NCBI RefSeq assembly: GCF_009914755.1
Contig: NC_060942.1
DNA: 64,000 nt
Origin: the human T2T-CHM13v2.0 reference genome, Homo sapiens
Direction: 5' to 3' (one strand)
The number at the start of each line of letters is the position of its first letter. Positions within the stretch are counted from its first letter, which is position 1. Both the position numbers and the translations under genes were made by a program. Shown piece by piece: positions 56,231 to 64,000 of this stretch. The notes beneath the pieces are model-generated. The model had not been told where the DNA came from. It ran no database searches and was given only the letters and a program-made list of their open reading frames with translations.

Positions 56231-58464
56231 CTCTGTACATTCTAAGACAAATAAAGCAGTTCTAATTTTGTGATCATCTTTGTGGTGACTCTTATATCTA
56301 TGAATAACAGCAATATTAGAATGTTGACTCTTTTCATTTTATTCGTAGTAAAAGCCTGAAGTCTAAATATATTTTTTCTAGTAGAATTTTCTGGATCTAA
56401 ATTATTCACCCAGAAGATAACTCTCCATAAATGTTCGTCAAGATAAAAAGGGTATATGATACTGTGAAAACTATCATCCACACCCAGACATTTTCATGGA
56501 AACACTTCTCTATCAATCCATCCAACAATCATTCAGTCTTCTATATTTCCATCCATCTATTTATTTCAACAATCTCTTTAGTTCTTCATCATTGCCCCAT
56601 TTCTTAAAGTTCTGTGTATAAAGTAACTTCTAGGTTTTTCTTCTTAGAGTTTTGATTCTGTAGAAAAAATTGCATTTGAAGCCAAAATGACATGCAAATA
56701 GTGAGTTTTCCTAAAAACAAAACAAAACAAAATTAGCGCTATGGCTACTCAGAACTCAGGGAATTAACACTTCAGGATTATCTATTGTTTTCATATTATT
56801 AGACAGTACATTGACAATCACCTAAAAACAAGACCCATACTGGGCTTCCTGTTGCCCCTTTTCACAGAAACATAGTTTAAGGTAGTCCAAGTAGACAGCA
56901 TAAGATTTGGGAGTTCTGCTCTATTGCCATGTCAACTTCAAGTTTAAATTTTTGTGCCAAGAATTTTTGAAGAGTGAGAAGCTACCTACTAAAATAGGTT
57001 AAATATTTTCCTCATAGTTTTTCCTTTTTTTCCATTTAAGTTCTTCCATCTCAATAAAAATACTTCACTTTTTAACTTGTGTCCTATCACACATTGCAAC
57101 ATTTCCACTGTCATTAAAAAGTGTGTTCTCACTGAGGATTATGTAACTAGCACTTTGATAGCTGAAAGGTGACATCATAGGTTTTCTGAAACCATAAATC
57201 ACAGGTAAGTTGTTTAGAAGTATTTTTTATATTTAATACTCATTGCATTTCTATCCAGAACCAATTTAAAAAAACTCTACAAAAACTATCAACAATAGAA
57301 ATATAATAATGGAGGTGAAATAAAAAATTTCTTAAAAGATTGTGACTAACGGAAATGTATTCTTCTTTTGTCCATTTCCATGAAAATTTCCTTAGGCAGT
57401 CATTTTCTATTGGAAATACAAAGCTCCTTTTCCTTGGTATATAAAGCCATGAATACAGATCTGTGCTTCCTATGGTTATCACGTACTTCTATGATGTCAC
57501 TGCATTGGAAAGGGCCAACTGAGACATGGCAGGACCAAATTCAAAATATAACTAAAGCCAAGAATTCCTGTAGACTTAGTGGGATATAATTAGCTTCAGA
57601 CAGAGAGGCATGCCTGGAACCTAAACCAGCGAACACCCCTAATTGTCTAGCAAAGAAGACAAAGGGTAGAGAGAGGTAGAGAAGCTTCTTACCTTATTTC
57701 ATTATGCTGAGAGGGCTCTAGAAATAAAAATGACATTTTTAATCTTCCTAAATAAATACTATGCATCTTTTGGTTCAATCTTAAGTTGTTTTTGTTGTTT
57801 CATGTTGCCAAATAACTTTCTTAGAAAGTCACTTATTAGCCTATTCTCTACCTGAGACTAGTCAAATAGGAACAGACACTTCTCAGAGAGACGGAGAGAG
57901 GAGACACCCGAGAAATTTTACATTTACATTTAACTTCACTTTGCGACTCTGGTATTAGCATGAAATAATTGTTATTTCATCGTTTCCAAGTAGCATGCTT
58001 AGGTTAATCTGTGCCACAGAAAAGGCTGCATTTAAGAACAGACGCTAATTTAACTACCAAAGTTAATCTTCATTGTCATGTATCACTTAAATGGGCTTCT
58101 GAAGTTTTCTTATTCAATAGTATCATTTTTATCATGTGCTTCAGCTTATGCCAAACCTACATTGCAAAACATTTTTCCCGCCATTCTCACTATCCCCATT
58201 TTAATGCATTATTTACATCTCTACTCAATTTCCATGTCTTCAACTCACAAAGGATAGATTATTTTTCTTTTGAAAATTAGTTGGTTTTCCCAAAATAGTT
58301 TATTGAATAAAGTTGGATATACATCTTACACTTATGTCAACATTAAAGTAGCTTAAACGTCCAGATAGATAAAATGACAGCCAGAGAAATCTAGAAAGAA
58401 ATGTATAGACACAAAAATAAATATCAAGATGGCATTGTATTGTACTTAGAAATATACTCTCAGA

Positions 58465-58680
58465 GGTCAAACCATTCTCGTTCTCTCTCTATTGTTAACA
58501 AACTGTGTAACCTTAGGCAGGCTACTTAACCTTTCTAAGTTGTAATTCACCCATCTGTGAAAGAGGAGAAAATAATACCTTTGTCATCTACTTGTTATAA
58601 GGAATGAAGGAGATAATGAAAATAAAGCATTTAGGATAGTGCCTTGCTTACTTAAAGCACTCAGTAAACATCATTACCAT
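58465..58680 (+). mobile_element. MIR
   Basis: CTGTGTAACCTTAGGCAGGCTACTTAACCTTTCT..CATCTGTGAAA..AAAGCACTCAGTAAA. Confidence 0.8.
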
Positions 58681-59245
58681 TATATATATGAAGAAAAAAA
58701 GGGACTATATTTGATGGCATGCCCATAGAGAGGGAACTAACATGAAAACAATGCATAAATATGCATGGTGTCCAGTGAGTTAATATTCTTATCATAGAAA
58801 ACACTCTTAGTAATCAATTAAAATTTGAACATCTACTTCAGATGGTTAAAGAGTACACAAGACACAAAGGAAAGAGTATAAGCTTTCAATATATTTGAAA
58901 GATTATTCAATCTTCAGGATATTCACTAGTAATCAATGAAATGTAAATTAAGTTTCAGGAACAAACCATTTTCACCAATTAATTTGGTAATATCTATATT
59001 TTTAAGTTACAAAAACAACTTTGGCAAGTGTTTAGGCAAATGATACTTTTAAGTGATATGGGTAGACATGAATTGATAGATATATTCTGTTAAATAGTGA
59101 TTTTTATTTTGCTATTTGCACATTTTCTTTTAGTAATAGTTTAAGTATTTACTTAAATATTTAATTCATTAAGAAAATCAAAATTATCTCTCTATATGTA
59201 TGGGAAATATATGTATGACACCCATAAGAGAACCTTTGTAATATA

Positions 59246-59458
59246 TAGTTTGCCCTTTGTATCCATAGATTCCTATCTGCAGATTCAATGAACTGGAAAA
59301 AAAATACAGTATTAGTGGACTGTGCAGGACCCGCAGATACAGACGGCCAGTTTTCATATTTTTGTTCTGCAGGGTCAACTGCAGAACTTGAACATCTGTG
59401 GATTTTGATATTGGAGGGGTCTTGGAACCAATTCTCCTTGGATTCTGAGAGATGACTA
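59246..59458 (-). mobile_element. MER8/MER2-related Tigger MITE
   Basis: GCAGGGTCAACTGCAGAACTTGAACATCTGTGGATTTTGATATTGGAGGGGTCTTGGAACCAAT, with TA-flanked ends. Confidence 0.75.
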
Positions 59459-60989
59459 TAATTATTACTTAAGAAAACACATTTTTATTGGGTGGACAGT
59501 ATTTAAAATATGAGTATATTAAAATTTATTTAAGCATAACTTTGTGTTGTATATTTGGTTTGATTCCAAAATTCCACCATCATTAATAATGATAAGCAAG
59601 GAGAAAACAAACGATATTTTAAAAATTGGGCATAATTCTAAAACACTTTGATGAACTGTTTTGTTTGTAGGAGGTCAGGCAAAGAAGGGGCTGGGAAGGC
59701 AGAAAAGTGAAACAAAAGAGAAAAAAATTACTATATGCTATTATGTTCGTCAATTTTTAAATTAATTGATTCCTTTTTTTGTCAGCTTATAAAATTTGAT
59801 CTTTTCTTGAGAAAAGTGCTCTGGGATAGAAAAGGTAATTTTGTCTGGGAATAAAGATTAAGAAAAAACAGTTGAAGAAATCAACAAGAAGGCTGAGTTT
59901 GAACACTTAACAATTTTGCAGAAATGGAGGATTCTCAGAGAAGATGGCAAGGAAGAGATCTCAACGTGGCAGAGGTTGAGGCTTTAAAACCAGGATTCAG
60001 ACTAAGTAATGTTCTGCTATATACTGTGCTAGTTAGGGATTTAATTTCCTTTCTCTGAGTGTCAACGTTCAGAAAGATTAAAAGAAGTAACAAAGCAAAT
60101 GCACTGCCATGAGAAATGGTGGCTTATGTGAAAAGAGTTAATCAAAATCAGAAATGAGAGTGAAAGAAAATGGTAGGCCCATGATACCCCCAGATTTTGT
60201 GAAACTGTGGGAATGTTCGTAGGTCATGGGTTAGGATTGAAAGATTACTGTACACCAGAGAGCTATTCCCTAACTTAGGCTGGGTCCATGCATCACAGGA
60301 GGGATGACAGTGTTGGCAGGCATGTAAAAAAAATGAATCAACAAAGAGCTAACTGTACCTTCAATACAAAGCAGAATATAATAAGTGCTATATACTTACA
60401 GCTTGATGAATAGAAGGTGATTGGAAGGGGTCTCATAACAAAATTTTGCCCCAAATACTCACAGAAAGAACACCCTGAATTTTCTGAGTCAACTCTGAAA
60501 ATATAAAAGAATTTTGATGGGAATGAAAGCTGACACAAGAATTGTACAAGCTTGAAGATGTTGTCCCCTAGATGAATAGGCTGACAACAGGAATCCAAGG
60601 ACTGGCTTAGCCTACAGGAACTACTCTTGTAGGTTCAATGGCTATAGTTGAGATGAGCTTTGTCAGCTTTGGCCTGAAGAGTGATTAAACCTGGACAGAC
60701 AACCAAAAGAGCACATAGCAAATCTGTCCTTTAAGAAATTGTAAGGTTATTAAAATTCCAACCAACAAAGGGTCAGGTTTTCCATTTCATAGTATTAAAC
60801 ATACATCACATTCATAGAGGTAACCACAGGATTTATTTTCACTAAAATGTATATATTATGAATCTTTCATCCCTGTTGTATAGGACATTGGGGATGGGGA
60901 GGATTGGAATGGCAGAACATGAGGACATAAGTTTGGGGGAACCACAAAAAGATGAGGGCTACCCCGTGACAGGTAGAAGGCTTGCTGCC

Positions 60990-61150
60990 ATTGGCTTCAA
61001 TCTTAGTTCTGCTACAAACTGTGGCTATTTATTTGGCCTTATTATTTCTCTAAAGTTAAATGAAAACAATACACTTACTTTGCAGTGCAAGGGGAAGAAT
61101 GAAATGATATATGCAGTGCTTGGAAGAGATTAGTTGTTCAATTATTATAT
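60990..61150 (+). mobile_element. MIR
   Basis: GGCTTCAATCTTAGTTCTGCTAC...GAATGAAATGATATATGCAGTGCTTGGAA. Confidence 0.6.
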
Positions 61151-62084
61151 ACCATAGAAAGAATGACTAGTGTACAGAAAGCCTTGGGTGTTGCTTTGAC
61201 AGGAGATGAAGTAATCTTTTCAGGATATTTCATCTCTATGATCTTTTGTTTTTCAGAAAGACAGTCCAAAAGGAACCTGGAGTCCGGGGTCTGGGGCTGA
61301 GCATTCCTGCTTTAGGACTCAAGGAAAACAAATAAATGGTTAAAAAAGAAAGTCATCTTTGTCCAGAGACCTTGGTTTTGTGAAAGCAACTTTTGAAATG
61401 GACTAAGAAATAGAGTTTCTACTCTCTGCAATTGCCCAAGAATTCTGTGATCAGTAACATTTTCTCCAATTATCAATCTTATGTTCCTTCCTCTTATCCC
61501 ATAAAATTGCATAAATCCTGAATTTAATGTGGAGTTAGAAACTGCAATATATTTAACATTTGGGCGCTTGATGATGACTTAGGCTGTTCTTCTAATACTT
61601 TTTTCAATCTTTTTTTTTTTTCTGCCTTAGTTCCATGGGGAAGTAAAGACGACTAGCACTGCATTGTTACCTGAAAAGCTCAAACATACTTTGTGCTTTG
61701 CCGCAGTGCCTTATGTCCAGGGAAGGCTTTTATCACTCAGTACAAGTACATTTTAATTGTTCCCTGAACAAAGACATCCCAACCAAGCCCTTTGTCTGGG
61801 TGTGCACTGTTGTATTTCTGAAGTATGAATTCCTGGCAAACAGTGCACCCACCTGGCACCAAAGAAAAATTACAAAACAAAGAGTGTGCATTGGCCTCGA
61901 AGCTCTGAGTTGCACTCCCCACGTTGCCACTGCATTTCCTGCGGTGTGTGATCTGTGAGTGACAAATGGTGTCTCTCCCTACCAAACACAGAAGCAAGTT
62001 TATTCAAATATTCTTCAGTATCCTACTTTTTCTCCTTGTTATTCTCTCTTTTGTTTTTCTCTTTATGTATTAAGAATGATTTTG

Positions 62085-62205
62085 AAGACCAGTGAACCCA
62101 ATTATCTCATTTTACGGATGAGAAAATTGAGACTCAGAAAGGCTCCTCAAGTTTAAAAAGCTAGAAACTTGCAGAAGACAGCCAGAATTGAAAACCAAAA
62201 TCTGA
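62085..62205 (-). mobile_element. MIR fragment
   Basis: CTCATTTTACGGATGAGAAAATTGAGACTCAGAAAGG. Confidence 0.7.
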
Positions 62206-63807
62206 GTTATCTCATGACAACCTTGACCCCAAAGAAATGAAGGAGGGTCACAGCAGCTTCCTCTCAAGCTCTGTTAAAGTCAATAACAGTTTAATGAAAA
62301 ACTAATTCAGCTGGTTCGTAATAGACAGTCTAGAAATGTAGAAAGTAATAGCAAGAAAAGAAAGAACAATCTCTATAGATATTTGAAAAGGAGACTCTGT
62401 CTTTAATCTTCAAATTGGGTGTTACTCTCATATAATTTCCCCCATAAAAAGCCATGAAGCACTCTGGATCCAAATAACCCTTTCACATCCTCAATGACTG
62501 CTGTAAATATAACACTAAAGTCATCAAACAAAATTTCTCTTAAATTACATTTTCACTGAGATCCAACAGTCTCCTATATATATCCTTAATACTCTAGGTA
62601 AATTGACTTTGCAAATTTGTGAAACATTCACCTCTTACTTGATATGAATTTTTGCACTAATCAGATTGTTTTTGTATACAAACATATATATATATACACA
62701 CACACATACAGGCGTATATGATGGATTTATTTTGTATCAGAAATCTAAAATGTCATCAAATTTGATGTGAGGTGTTATTATTTCTAAAATTTATAATTTC
62801 TGGGTAAGAATCACAATTTTAGTCGACCTCTTCATTCTGTCTTCATTACTGTTACTAAAAATGGCTTTATTTTAGTATATCTGTTTCATATAGAGCTTTC
62901 CTGACAAGCCCTCTTTCAAAACAAGGAGAATAAGAGATTATCTTTCCTAGCAAAGTTCTTGTGTTGTATTGGTTGTATTGGTTGATGCAGATACACTTGC
63001 TTTTTTCATGATGCAGGTCCCCAGCCAGAAAATGTGGCTAAAAAGACAAAGTATTCTAAGACAACCAATCTTTGTAGTTAATATGGTGTCTTCAAACCCC
63101 AAAGGAAATGAGATGGAGCCTTGCTTCCAATCCAAGTTACAGTTCAGATGCAGATGGGATAGAGGCAATTCTCATCATCTTTTCTGAACATACACATACA
63201 TTCACACACATGTATGGGAATAATAAGCAACTTGAGACTGTGAGGGTTGTAAGGAGAACAGAGTCAAGCTATACACATGGCTGACATTTATTCAGAGGAC
63301 CATCTGAATCTTCTTACCTAGTGGTTATACAAGTAAATGATGATGCTTCAACTGAAAACCAGGTCACTCTTCCAAAAAATTTCCAGTGAAAGAGAAGACA
63401 TCAATAAATTTTGAATAAGAAATTCAGGTGAAAATACAAGGGCAAGTTTTTAGTATTTTATAAAATAGAACTGGTAACATCTATCAGGCAGTGGTATAAA
63501 TATGATGTCATCTGCTGTATTTGTCTACAGTATTCTTTCTCTGAAGTCCTTGTCTCTATGTTTATTGTTTCAATTTTAATTTATACTCTGTCATGGCTCC
63601 TGAAAAGATACTTCCATCCAAAGATCAAAGTTAATTTTTTTTACTCTCTTTTTATTTAATCATCACGTGTAGGACCATGGCAAAAATGTTTACTAGTCAA
63701 CATTCCAAGTGAATTTTAATTTTACAGGTTTTCATGATTATAAGGGTTTGAAATAGGATTCCTTTACCTTGTTCTGTTTTTCTTTTTGTTTTTTCTATCC
63801 CATACAG

Positions 63808-63897
63808 TGTTTAAAACCCATACTTCACACCAGCTTACCACAGTGTCATACCTGCTGTGGGCCTTCAAGGAACTCTCTGAACACCAGTCGAGATTAG
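63808..63897 (+). other. Candidate 90-nt internal exon (probably non-coding)
   Basis: About 50-nt AG-free polypyrimidine tract ending CATACAG, donor TAG|GTAAAT. No recognisable protein. Confidence 0.35.
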
Positions 63898-64000
63898 GTA
63901 AATAGTCACAAAGCTATTAAAAAGGCCAATCCATATTCATCACACAGCTTTTTCCAAGTTATTTTTTAGTTGATGTTCAAGAATAAAAAACATAAACAAA

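Overview
Primate, almost certainly human, AT-rich and CpG-depleted non-coding DNA, either intergenic or deep intronic; I cannot identify the locus. I recognise no host protein-coding exon, RNA gene, CpG island or CRISPR-like array. The only real protein homology is a decayed 3.4-kb L1PA fragment (ORF1/ORF2, 51.6-55.0 kb); the other ORFs are short chance or repeat-derived frames. The window is a mosaic of interspersed repeats: 7 Alus, L1PA/L1PB/L1M pieces, THE1/MLT1/ERV1 solo LTRs, MER58/MER5/MER2/MER8-type DNA transposons, MIRs, L2s and microsatellites, separated by unique stretches. Repeat families were assigned by recalled consensus similarity, not by a search. I found no convincing new biological system. 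The best leads are: four metal-response-element cores in 118 bp (61.8 kb); a CpG-retaining, enhancer-like block with a SOXE-dimer palindrome and MEIS-type sites (34.2-34.6 kb); candidate + strand non-coding exons; an L1 truncated at both ends; a nested L1 truncated in its G-rich tract; a perfect 81-bp tandem duplication; a 27-bp exact dispersed repeat; and nested AT-rich palindromes.
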